A stretch of 64,000 bases of DNA, taken from Lama glama. Its lineage: Eukaryota. Location: contig CM052818.1 in the NCBI GenBank assembly GCA_028534125.1, positions 40,054,001 through 40,118,000 on the forward strand, written 5' to 3'. The notes under the pieces are model-generated. The model was not told where the DNA came from, made no database searches, and saw only the letters and a program-made list of their open reading frames with translations. Shown here one piece after another: positions 1 through 11,899 of this stretch. Position numbers and translations under genes: made by a program. Positions within the stretch are counted from its first letter, which is position 1, and each line of letters starts with the position of its first letter.

Positions 1-44
1 CTATTTTATTTATTGTTTATTTTCTCTGCTAAATATTAAGCTTA

Positions 45-135
45 ACAAAGACATTTTGTCTGTTTTGTTCACTCCTGTATCAATAGCCATAGAACAGTGC
101 CTGGCACATAGTAGCTGCTCAACAACAATGCTCAA
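45..135 (+). mobile_element. L2 LINE 3' end fragment
   Basis: tgtctgttttgttcact...agaacagtgcctggcacatagtag...ctcaa matches the typical L2 3' terminus. Confidence 0.8.
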
Positions 136-3100
136 CAAATTGCTCAGCAATTTCATTGTCAATGATACTGTGGTCAGTGGCATTCCTAGTGTATTTGAGA
201 CAGTGGGTCAGTTTTTACACTCATTTCCTCTGCATGACAAAATTATTTTCATTTACAGCCAGGAAATAAAACAAAAATAATAAGGACCAAAAAATACCAG
301 ACAGTGGCACATTTTTTTCTGTATACAATCATATTTATAAAAATAAATATAGTTCAGAAATTAAAAATGCAACTGCTTATTTAATAGTTATTAAATTTAC
401 TTAACCATTTGAACTTTGATTCTTTTATTCTAAGCCTGAAAAAATCTTTTTTGTGTGAATAATTGCCCAGTAAACTAATAAATGAATTTTAATGAAAATG
501 AAAGATTTCCAAAGGCATAACAACTATGTCTATCGCATAGTTGTTTTATTTTATTGACTTATTCCTTAGTTTTGTAAGAATGAACAATTTCAAAGAACCA
601 ATTTCAATCTGAATTATTTGAATTCAGTCAAATATTCAGGTATGAGCCAAAATGTGCATTTACCAAATGAAAAGATTGTTCCTCACCTCGCAGCCTATAC
701 TTTGATTCTCTGCTATAAAATTTTTAAAATAAATAAAACTTGGTGTCACAGAAATCACTCAAATTCTGTTCCTTTGTCTTCAAAAACCACCATGTCATCA
801 TTGTTTATTTCAAATATACTGTTAAACACAAGAATACCTAGTACCACAGAAGCTGGACACAAATGATCTCCAACAATTCTGAACCATTAATCATGTATTT
901 TCAAAACAAATACATGTAGCTGAGTGTAGCTTGTCAAGGAAATTCTCTGAATTAAGGTATATAGAATGTTTATTAGAGGAAAAGTAATAAAAACATACAC
1001 ATTTGAAGCTTACATATCTCAACGCAGTGAGATTTTCCTCTTTAGAGCCCCATTAGATGGGGTCAGAAGGGAGATGGCCATTGATTCAGCCTCTGCAGGG
1101 ATGTGAGAGTGTACAGCCCTCCGGCCCTAGGACCCGAGCAGCACCGCCCCTGGGCCAGGCCATCCGGCCCATCCTCAGGGAGGATTTGTGGCAGCTCCCA
1201 ATTCTCCCTGGGCACAGGCCTCTGGGTTCCACAGGATGGCGCTCTGAGTTTCTCTGCCAGGGCAGGGGCTGCCAGAGTTCTCAAGGTCCAGGACTATATT
1301 AGGAAATATATGCACCAGGGGAACAACAAACACGTTTGTTTTCTTCCAGCGCCGTCTGCTCGGCTTATCTTAGACACCTCCCTTTCTTCAGCAGAAATCA
1401 CAGCCCTGAGAGGAATGTTCCGCTGGGGCTTGAGAAGTTTTTCCTCTATCTGAATGAGGTCTTGCCCTTGGTATTTGTGAAATCATTTGAAAAGAAATCA
1501 TTTCTCCGAGACTAACAAATAGACTTTAAAAAAAATCAAATGAGAACAGCCATGTAAGGGAGGCATTCCTGGAGGTGCGTGCAGCAGGTTTCTTGCCTGT
1601 CGCTCATTTGCTGAAGCACCATCAGCAGATGCCTTCTTCATGATGCTCCCAACCTGTCCTACCTGCTGTTGGCTGTTGTGCTTGGGGTGGTGAGAGCTGG
1701 GCCACCAGGAGGAAGTCGGGCACATGTGAGCCTATGTCCTTGTGCTCTCATCATTTACAGCCCTTGGTGCTTAAAACACTGCTTTGCCCCGGCAGGCCAG
1801 GAGTGGACCATCAGAAAACCACCCTGTCTCTCCTCCTCACCCACCGCCCAGGCACACCTGCTTGGCAGGGTTAATTCTTCCTCATGCCTTTCCTGAAATA
1901 TGACACAGCTCATGATCTTTCTGGTCACTTGGTATTGGTGAAATTTCCTTAGTTTTCTGCTAGTCACAGAACTGTAATAGTTCATTAATTAAAATGATCA
2001 ACCGTGTAGTCAAAACTCTTCCTTTTCATCTCATTGAAAATTAAATCTTTCCCTTCCCCAGCTTGGGTCTGTTTTAGGCAGGGCCTTGCAGGGAAAAGGG
2101 AGGTAGGGTGGGTGGTTTCTCTCACAGTCCATTTTGTGTTTGTACCTTTCCTTCCCCAGCTTGAGAACTGAGGCTTTTGATTCCTCCAGAAATGGAGAGT
2201 GGACAGGGACATGAAGTAGACGGCAGGAAAGGTCTTCTTTGGTTGGTCTTCTTGGATGTGCTGTTAGTTCTGTCTGGGTTCTTTCTCTTCTGGATGCTTC
2301 TGCAAGTTCTTTGGCGAACCACTGCCCATCACTGGTGAGCTCTCCTTGCAGTTCACTCCGGCTGGGCACCAAGGATCACCGTTCAGCCTGAGAGCATCTG
2401 CAAGAAGACGTCCAGTCTCTGTGTGCTTGCCTCCTCACCCCCCCACCGCCCAGGCGGCCTCCTGGGGCAGGACTTCAGACAAACCCCGGCTAACACTCAT
2501 GGAATCTTGCTGACGTTGCTTCACACCTTCCTTCAGAACGGAGGTGGCACTTTTGTCTTAAGGTCTTGGACACAACAGAGACAAGGTCTAATTTTAAAAC
2601 TATAATAGTAAACCAGTTCACACTTGGCTACTGGATTTTAATGCACAAAGTACTTTTGAAAGCCACGTACACAAGGAGATTAAAAGGTTAGATGAGGCAG
2701 CAAGAAGGTAACAACCACAGGAGCATTCATCTCATTCTGTGACATTAGCTGGAACCCTAGGGTGGAAGGCTTTTGAGTTGAGAGGGTCCTCGGGGGTCCT
2801 GAGACCTCTTCCTTTTTTCTAATTAAAATGCATTAGAGGCTAATAAAACCCCGACCTCCTTAGCCAGGCCACTCATTCAAATACACCTGCAGCGCTGCTG
2901 CATGAGCGACGTACACTGCAACACTTGCATTTGTAGGTTCCATAGGGGTAATATACCAGCAAGCAGACAAAGACATTTTTAAAAATATAGGTAATGGGGC
3001 TACACTTGAAAGAATCTATGTGGGACAATTACGAAGAGAATAACAGACAACTGGCCAATTAATCAATCAGTTCAAATAAAATCGTTCAGAATGCTAAGAA

Positions 3101-3544
3101 TAGCCATGAACAATAAAGTAAACTAGCAGGAAAATTATGAATATCCCTACGTGTAAAAGAAGTACTCAGTAGTAGAAAATGAAATCTGCATGAGAATTAG
3201 GACATAAACACAACTGAAGCCTTTTCCCTAAAAACCTCATTTCTTTTAGTGTGAGGGATTAGTTGTTAACATCAACCCATGGCTGAGAGACAGCTGAATA
3301 CTATCTATAAGTGTGGTGTATACGTAGCTTTTTCCTACAGAGACTGCTTCCATGATTCTTGGGACACATTCCACAATAAGGCTCTGGATCTTCTTGAATC
3401 ATCCTTTGGTGATCTTTGTAAAGTCTAAGCTGATAAATGCCTTCCAGCAGTGCTATGGAGAGGAGTTTGGACCATATTCACAAGTATCTACCTTATACCA
3501 ACCAAATAAAGGATACCTTTAATAAAAAGGCATCTTGTTTCCTT

Positions 3545-3740
3545 ATGCCACACCTTTCACACTTTCACAAAATTATGTCATTTCACCCTTAAAATAACTT
3601 TATGGGGTAAATATTCATATTCCAGATAAAAGGACAAAACTTATAAAGATTAAATTATTTGCTCAAGGTCACACTGTTAAACAGTAAAGAGAAGCAGTCT
3701 CACCCTTCATTAACAATGCTTGTCTATAATGTTACAGAAG
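3545..3740 (-). mobile_element. MIR SINE fragment
   Basis: attaaattatttgctcaaggtcacactg resembles the MIR core in reverse orientation. Confidence 0.65.
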
Positions 3741-4839
3741 ACCCCAAAGTAGAAACTTTCTCATCAATTGCCTATCAATTTTCAGAAATTTGTAAATCAG
3801 CAGCGATCCCTGTATCTCAAATGAAACTATGTGAGGTCGGACAGTTTTAAGTGTCAGATTCCTAACTCAATCCAAGGCTTTCTCTACAATACGACATTCC
3901 ATCTGTGTATGTTTCCCTCTCTAAAAACGTGTACCTTTCTTTATTCAATTTCTATACTAAGAAATTCCTACATGTGGCTGTCACATATTCCTAATCTCTT
4001 CCCTCTTACTTCCTCATTTAAACAGCCAGCAGCTTGAACCACAAGACAGAATGAATTAAAAATCCCATGTAAGTACTTTTTGTTTATATCAATTTCAGTG
4101 CTGGCCCCCAAAATACAAACCAGCATCAACAGTTTGAAATTATTGTGTTAACATTTTCTGTTTCTAAGCTAAGCTAAACATTGGAGCAAATTGTATTGCA
4201 ACACATATTTGTTTTAACTCCAATACAACTGATATTCTCATCCAAGACATGTTAACAAACTTTCCCGTAGTTACCCATATAGTGATGAGATGGAAGTTAG
4301 TGGAATATTTTGGTTTAAAAATTTGAGTAGAAATAAAAATTTTACAGATTTTTACAACTCAAAATTTGTGTTGTTTTCCTATTAAACTACTTTGCTCTGT
4401 GTCAGATATTAAAAATCCTTATACTTCATCCAGTAAACATTCCATTTTAACCTAAAATTTGTAGCAATAGTCCCTCAGAGGAAATATGTTAAAAGAGGAT
4501 TGTTAAGAAATTGATTTTTTCTCATCTTACCAGTAAATTTTATGGGAAAACAAAGAATAATCCCCTGCCTGTACTCTACTCTTGTGCAGATGAACAAGAA
4601 AAATCTGATCATTTAAATTTTATTTCATATTTCATGATGGGGGTAACCAAAGTTCTCCCAAGAACTATTATCAGCACTGACTCATTCTCTCAGAAATCAT
4701 TTGACTTTCTCTTGATATAAAATCATACCTTGGAAGGACAATTAGCTTAAAAATTAGACAAATTATCTTTTGATCAAATCTACTTCTAGTTGGTTCTCAC
4801 AGGCATATGATTATAAATGCAAAATCTAATGCTAAAAAT

Positions 4840-5050
4840 GCTTATCAATGTATCATATATAATAGTAAAAATTGAAAACAAAATAAAATTTTAATAGATG
4901 AGACTAATTAAATAAGTTTTGATAGACCCATATGATGAAATGTTAGGTACCATTAAAGTAATATGCCTATAAATATTTTTATGACCTGGGAAATTGCTCA
5001 TGAAATAGGATTAATTTTCTAAAACATGTTATAAAAAATGCTGCCCATTA
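4840..5050 (+). mobile_element. Old L1ME-type 3' region, first part (resumes ~7630)
   Basis: Degenerate L1ME 3'UTR-like text (taaataagttttgatagacccatatgatgaaatg...accattaaa...gggaaattgctcatgaaata). Confidence 0.5.
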
Positions 5051-5051
5051 C

Positions 5052-5330
5052 TAGCTCCAAGATCCACAATTTTCACCTTTTAACATTTGCAAAATCAGAA
5101 TGCATCTTAAAATTCATGGTATCTTATACATTGTAGGTTGGGTAGCAGTGGTGGCAGTTGTTCTTACTGGCACATGTATGAACACAGCTGTTACTCCTGT
5201 TGAAATGTCTGGACAACTGCCACTCTTCATTGTTTTACTCATGAAATCATTTAAGGACAACTTGCGAAAGAAATACAAAGCCTGGTTGGTGCCTGAAATT
5301 CTTATGTAATCTCCTTCTTACAGCAAAAAG
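5052..5330 (+). mobile_element. TcMar-Tc2 DNA transposon (Kanga/MER104-like), 5' part with DDE transposase remnant
   Basis: Start resembles the Kanga/MER104 terminus (cacaattttcaccttttaacatttgcaaaatcagaatgcatctta). ORF 5100-5309 contains VTPVEMSGQLPL..LMKSFKDNLRKKYKAWL, similar to the pogo/Tc2 motif VIPGGMTGQLQPLDVSVNKPFKDHLRKEYESWL. Confidence 0.7.
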
Positions 5331-5334
5331 GTGC

Positions 5335-7470
5335 TAGCAACAAAATTCACTTAAGATGAAAGACTGAATGCTTTCCCCACTGAAATCAGAAGGAAGCAAG
5401 TGAGGGATGCTTACTCTCCCCATTTGTATTGAAAATAGTACTGGAAGTCTTAGCCAATGTAATAAGCCAAGAAAAAAGAAATACAATTTTCTATAAAGAA
5501 TATCCTAAAGAATATATATATATATATANNNNNNNNNNNNNNNNNNNNNNNNNNNNNNNNNNNNNNNNNNNNNNNNNNNNNNNNNNNNNNNNNNNNNNNN
5601 NNNNNNNNNNNNNNNNNNNNNNNNNNNNTAAAGAATATATATATATATATATAACTGCTGGAACTAATAGGTTGGTATGTCAAGTCACAGATTGAAGGCC
5701 AACACACAAAAATCAATCTTGTTTCTATATACTAACAATGGATAATTGGAATTCCACATCAAAAATACAATACCATTTACAATAGTTCCCCCTCAAAAGT
5801 AGTAGGTATAACTTTAATAGGAATTTTAATTTTAACATGTATATGATCTACATACTGAGAACTGCAAAATACTGATGAAAGAAATCAAAGATGTAAGTAA
5901 TTGGAAGACATATGTGCTTATAGATTGGAAGACCCAGTAGAGTTAAGATGAGAGTTCTCCTCAAATTTAGCAATAGCTTACAACTATTTCAAACAAAATG
6001 AGAAAGGGTTTTTTTTTTTGTACAGACAAGGCACAAGAATCCGAATAGCCAAAACAATTTTAAAAAGAAGAAAAAAGTTGGAGTATTCATGTTAGTCAAT
6101 TGCAAGACTTACTCTAATGCTACAATAATGTAAACTGGTGAAAGCATAGACTTATAAATCAATGGACTTGAACAATGGATCTAGAAATAGACCCACACCA
6201 ATATGTTTAGTTAATTTTTGTCCAAGGTAAAACAAACAAACAAACAAAAAACAATTAAATGGAGAAATATTATCTTTCCAACAAATGGTACTGGAACAAT
6301 TAACATCCATATGTGAAAAAAAACCCTCAACATAACTTTAAAAATAAACTCCAAATGAACTTTGGATAAATATAAAATAAACAGCTGTGAAACTTTTTGA
6401 TGAAAATATAAGCAAAAATCTTAGACATCTGGGGTTGAGTGAAGATCTTTTAGACATGCTAAAAAAGGTCAATGAAAGAAACAATTGATCAAATTGGACT
6501 TCATGAAAATTAAAACTTTTGTTCTGGAAAAGACTGTTAAGTGAATAAAACGTGAAGCCATAGACTGGGAGAAAATGCTTGGAATTCATATATCCAACCA
6601 ATGACTTATATCCAGATTACACAAAGAACTCTCAAAACTCAACACTAACAAACAACCCAAATAAAAAATGAGCAAAAGACTTCACAAAATAAATTATATC
6701 AATGGGAAATACACACGTGAAAACGTACTTGTCATCATCAGCTATTAGTGAAATGCATATTAAAACTGAGGTGAGATACACCTGTGGGAGTGTCTGAAAT
6801 AATATTTAAAAAAATGACAATACCAAGTGCTGACAAGTATGGAAACAACTAGAATTTTATATCTTGCTAGAGGGGATACAAAATTGTTCAAGTACTCTGG
6901 ACAACAGTTTGGCAGTTCCTTCTGAACGTGCACTTATGCGAACTAGCACTCTTAACCCAGGGCATTTACACTGGACAACTGACAATGTATGTTCACACAA
7001 AAACCTGCATATAAATGTCTACAGCAGTTCTCTTCATAATCCCAGAAAGCTGGAAACAGCCTTTATGGTGAATGGATAGCGAACTCTAGTATATCCATAC
7101 AATGGAATATTGCTCATCAAAAAACAAATAAATAAACAGGAAGAAACTACAGATGCACACAACACGTTAGAAGAATTTCAAAGGCAGTTTGGTGAGTGAA
7201 AGACAGTCTCAAAGATGACATGTATGATTTCATATACGTGACATTCTAGAAAAGGCAAAACTATAGCAACTGAGAACAAATCAGTAGTAGCTAGAGATTA
7301 GGAGTGAGTCAGGGTATGACTGAAAAGGAGCATCACAAGAGAGTTTGGGGGGTGGTGGAGGTGTCCTGTATCTTGATTGGGGTGATGGTTAACACAAATC
7401 TATACATGTGGTAAAACTACAGAACTGTATACTCCAAAAATGTCAATCTTTACGTTAATTTAAACAACCT
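5335..7470 (+). mobile_element. 5'-truncated ancient L1 (L1MC/MD/ME class): decayed ORF2 plus 3'UTR
   Basis: RT remnant (LNAFP...IVLEVLANVISQEK), ORF2 C-terminal motifs (gaaatagacccacac, gactgggagaaaat, atccatacaatggaatat) and L1M 3'UTR ending actgtatactccaaaaatgtcaatcttta. Confidence 0.92.
5529..5628. other. Assembly gap (100 N) within a (TA)n tract
   Basis: Run of N flanked on both sides by taaagaatatatatata. Confidence 0.99.
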
Positions 7471-7477
7471 TACATTA

Positions 7478-7615
7478 TATCCCTATAGAAGTCTTCTTCT
7501 ATAGGCACAAATAGAAAGATAAGTAAATTTTCAAAAAAGCACTGTGTCATAGATGTTCTTGATGCTACCCAAAACAGTGGTGTTTCATAATCAAAACAAC
7601 TTAAACTTAATGGTT
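7478..7615 (+). mobile_element. Kanga/TcMar-Tc2 transposon, 3' part
   Basis: aaagcactgtgtcatag...ttcttgatgctacccaaaacagtggtgtttcataatc resembles the recalled Kanga 3' terminal region. Confidence 0.55.
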
Positions 7616-7629
7616 TAAATGCATTGCCT

Positions 7630-7795
7630 CAAAGCGCCCATATAGATGGAAAATATCATCCAAAGTGTTAACAGTGGTTGTTTTAGGTTGTGGAATACAA
7701 TATTTTCACATACTTTTTTCATGTTTTTTTATGACAAGCAAGAATTCTTCTTACAATTAGAAAAAATGAACAAAATAAATACTTAAAAATTTAAG
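7630..7795 (+). mobile_element. L1ME-type 3' end, second part
   Basis: ccaaagtgttaacagtggttgttttaggttgtggaa...ttacaattagaaaaaa, typical of an L1ME 3' terminus. Confidence 0.6.
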
Positions 7796-10384
7796 AACAA
7801 CAGAGGCTTATGCAAGTGGGTCTGCTTGCCCTGATTCTACAAATGCAAATAAATGGTCACCCGTGGATACATGATGAGGTGGCTCACCTACCTTGGAACG
7901 CCCCGAGGGTTAGCTTAGTTCTTATTACTCACACCGATCCTTTCACCAGATAATTCCATAAGATACACACATCACGGACAATCTGCAAAGCAATCATCAT
8001 TTGAGGATTATTTCTGGCAACTGGAAATGTTATAGTTGGAGAATTATCCACAAAAGTTTTTTTTTTTAAATTGTTATCTTCATTGGGGAAACAGAATACT
8101 GACCAAGGATGCTTCTCTTTAAAACTCTCAAATTATGGGATGTGATGAGAAAGCTAATATATCTGAATAGGTAAAAGAACACCAGTGGCAGATTCGCCTT
8201 TGTTTTCTGTCTCTGCCCCCTCATATGCATACATTTCCACATGTCGGTTCTCTGACAGCCTCTTCTTTCTGTACTCTGTCAGGAGTGACTCTAGTAACAA
8301 TAACTGTCAGGAGCTGGAACAGTAAACATTTTGTAAAAGCAAATGGCTTCCAAATGTGGACTTTCTCTCAGTGAGCACGTCCCTCACAGCCTGACTCAGA
8401 ACGTCGGAGCAGGTAGAAACGCTAAGCCCAGAGCATGGTGACAGAATCAAGGAGCTAAATCCGTCACTGAATCTCAAACCTATCTGCACTCTCTCCTCTT
8501 TTTCCATGTCAAGGCGCTTTACCTGGCCTGTTGGTTCAATATACAAGAGTGACACTGCCCGAGTGTTGGGCACAGCATTTGCCTTGTGGACCATTTACAA
8601 AGGTGCCTAAGCAGAGCTTGGTCTAAGCTTGGACAGAAGTGAGCTGTTGATTTGCCCCCCCTGGCCTTTGGATCTTCTGTCCAGAGAAAAATCTTTTAAT
8701 TGTACTAAGACTCATTTCCTACATTTTCAGAATGGCCACCAAATCTCTGGGAATTACCACTTGACTGACTAGGTCAGGAGCATCAAAGCTGTGTATTTAT
8801 CTGCTGGTTTCATGGGTACCAGCAATATTACAAGGTCTCAGCACTGGATTTAAGGATTATATTTTCAAAAAATTTAAGGATGCAACTAATGAAAAAGGCA
8901 GAGACAAAAGAATTATGCACGATTCTATTAAAGTGTTTCATCAAGAGCGATGTTTGTGTTAGACCAAAATGGCACATAGGAAAACAGTAACAATTTTTAT
9001 ATCTGGTTAGTGGGGTTATGAGCAATTATTTCATAACACCATTTATACATTCTGTTTCTTTGTCTAGAGCATATATTTCTTAAAAAAAAACCTGAAAAAT
9101 AACAGTCTAAAATTTAACTATACTCTCTACATTTTGGAATTAGATTGGATTTCAGTATCTTTATGAGGTAGTCTTTCTACTCTAATTCCATGATCTCAGT
9201 GAAAGATATTTTATAATAAAAATATATGCTCTTAAACATTAAAACAGAGGATGTTGAGGAGGGAGCATCTCAATAGAAGAGAAAACATTTTGTTGTATTA
9301 AACATTTCAGTCACCCAGGGAGTGCCTGCTTTGGCACATCCTGGCTCTGCCTCCCGTTTGCCCATGTCAGAGTCCCCTGTGTTCTGGACTGCCCTCGAAT
9401 CAGCACGCACTCCCCTCTGGTCCGAGGTAATCTCCCCATCACTGCCTGCTGACCAAAATCGGTCTCTGGAAACATGGCACCAGCTCATGTTACAGAACTT
9501 GAGGGATTGTTTTAAAAAGTAAATGATTTCTAGCCTAACTGTCATCTAGAATTTCTAGCCTAACAGCTCCCAGCCATCAGAGAGGCTGACGGAAGTTTGA
9601 GAAACACAGGGACATCCGAAGGTGACTGGAATAAGCAAAGGAAAACAGTGCTCACTCCCCAGCCAGGGGGCTCCCTGCGCCAGCTTCACCCAGGCCGACA
9701 GCTGCCATTGCCCCTTGTCTCTTAGGAGCCTTGGGCCAGGACATCCAAGTAACTCATGCCGATGCCGGGCCTTTGGCTGAGTTGGTCAAACACAGACCAT
9801 CTTCAAAGGACCCCCATCCCATCTGTCCCTTTGAAGAACTTGCTTTGCTCAGGAGAAAATGTCACAATCCGTGCTGTTTAATTTTTACAGGAAGCCACGG
9901 CACTGATAAATGAGAGCTCATCCATACATGTTTCGCTCTGTTACCTAAGAAACTATCTTCAAAACAGAAGTCCTCATAAATACTCTGGAGATGCATCAGA
10001 CGCTCTCCGGCGCTGTGCGACACTGTGTATATTGTTTGGCAGGAGTTCATTGGGGGAAGATAAACTAGCATATTTTGCCAGGATTCTATTACTCTTGACC
10101 CTGACCTTGGCTGGAGGCTGCTTCCAGTTACACTCCATCTTAAAGAAAGACAGCGCCTCCTCTTTCCCTGAGGTTCCTCTTTCCCTTCTCTTTTCAGCTG
10201 CCCCCGGAGCACAACTCTGCGGGTGCTGCCTCATTGTGGAGGGAACATGTGCAGCTGCTCCCCTCCTTGGATTTCTCATTTGAACCCAGCGTTCAAGTGC
10301 ACCAAGAAGTCCTCTTCTTTAAGCAATGGAGATTCGCTCTTAGAAAGAACTTGATCTGGGAGTTCGCGATACCATCTGAAAGGG

Positions 10385-10853
10385 TGCTGGTTACTCAGGC
10401 ACTGCGCTGCACAGCAGATCTTCAGAACTTACTCATTAGCATAACTGGAGCTGTGTATCCAGTGAACAACTGCACCTCTGCCCGCCTCCCAGGCCTGGCA
10501 ACCACTTCTGTCTTCTCTGCTTCTATGAGTCTGACTAGTTTAGATGCCTCATCTAAGTGGAATCGCGCAGCGTTTGTCCTTCTGACTGGCTTGTTTCACC
10601 TGGCATTATGTCCTCTGGGTTCCATCATGCTGTCACAAATGGCAGCAGTTCCATCTTTGTAAGGCTGCTTAATATTCTGTTTTTATATATATATATATAT
10701 ATATAAATATACATATACATCTATTCTTCCTCCATTCATCTCTCAACGGACACCTGGATTGTTTCCATATCCTGGCTATTGTCAATAATGCTGTCATGAG
10801 CACAGGAGAGCAGGTTTTTCTCTTAGACCTTGATTTCAATTATTTTTGATACG
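10385..10853 (-). mobile_element. L1MA/L1MB 3' region, antisense
   Basis: cagatcttcagaacttactcat...ctggcaaccact...ttctatgagt...tttccatatcctggctattgtcaataatgctg is the reverse complement of the L1MA/MB 3' end. Confidence 0.9.
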
Positions 10854-10857
10854 TCTG

Positions 10858-10970
10858 CTTCCTTGATTGTGGTGATGGTATCATGAGTGTATCTATAAAA
10901 ACTCATCAAACTTTATACATTAAATGTGTATAGATTTGTGTATATTAATTATACTTCAATAAGACTCTTT
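10858..10970 (+). mobile_element. L1MA10/L1MB-type extreme 3' end, sense
   Basis: ccttgattgtggtgatggtatcatgagtgta...aaactcatcaaa...attatacttcaataa. Confidence 0.85.
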
Positions 10971-11364
10971 TAAAGTACTTAATCTTGCACAGTAGTGCTC
11001 ACTACAATATTTTTCCTTCTGACAGTGATGGCTCAACTCATCAGTATCCTATCCAACACGACGCTGATAGGAGTCCACATCCAATGTGTGGTCTCCGGGA
11101 TAATGTGCCTGGCCCGCATCCACGGTTCCCACCAGCTTCGACTGGGCTCATACCAAATATTCTCGAAAAATACAAAAAACTTTCCAATGGAGATGGTGCC
11201 ATGAAGCTTAGACAGCTCAAACAGCTGTTGCCCCTAACCCTGGGGCATAGCCAAAGGCTTCATGAGTAGATTTATACTGTGTAGTAATTATAACTGAACT
11301 TGAATGCAGTGTAAGTACTCAGTTTCGAGCTGTTCAGGTTTCACAGCACCCTTAAACATGAGAA

Positions 11365-11595
11365 TAATGGCTGGTATTTGTTGAACACTTGCAATATGTT
11401 CTTCATATGTATTATTTCACATTATCCTTAAGTAATCCATGGGGTAGGTGTTATTATCTCAGTTTTGCTTATAGAAGACAAAAGCCTAGTGAGGATAAGT
11501 AATTTTCCTATGGACAATGGGATGGTACCTGGCAGAGACAAGGTCTGAGCCCCGCCTATTTCAGTCCAAAGGCCAGCTCCCTGACTCTCTGCTGT
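11365..11595 (-). mobile_element. MIR SINE
   Basis: tatttgttgaacact...ggtaggtgttattatctcagtttt...gaggataagtaatttt follows the reverse MIR pattern. Confidence 0.75.
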
Positions 11596-11899
11596 TCAGC
11601 CTCCAGCACAACACAGAGATCTGAAGCAGACTGAAAAAGGGAAAATCATTATGAATAAAATATCCTCATACAACTGACTAATATGTGAGACACACTTAAT
11701 TCTTACAGAAAAATAAGGATCCTCCAAGTTGCTAGAAATTATTTAAAATGACCAATTCTGACATATAGGGATCCTATTGTCTCACTTTATAAAGATATAA
11801 AAATCCAACCTAATTCTAAAATGTAGAGATAACAGTTACATTTTAAGCTCTAAACTTTTCAGGTTTTCCTTCTTAAGACATATATGTTCTAGACAATTA

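Noticed and set aside
3324..3452. Minus-strand open exon-like frame (LLEGIYQLRLYKDHQ...)
   Set aside because: Weak donor (GTATAC), no recognisable protein and no consistent exon chain
7933..7982. Minus-strand exon-like unit with an in-frame C-P-TGA-C, suggesting a selenocysteine motif
   Set aside because: No SECIS identified, no homology recognised, no supported gene model
9526..9564. Short direct repeats with spacers (also ~28101-28133 and ~63275-63307), superficially CRISPR-like
   Set aside because: Only two copies each; ordinary local duplications in eukaryotic DNA
9891..10283. ~130-codon open frame after a good acceptor
   Set aside because: No homology recognised; long frames are expected in this GC-rich patch
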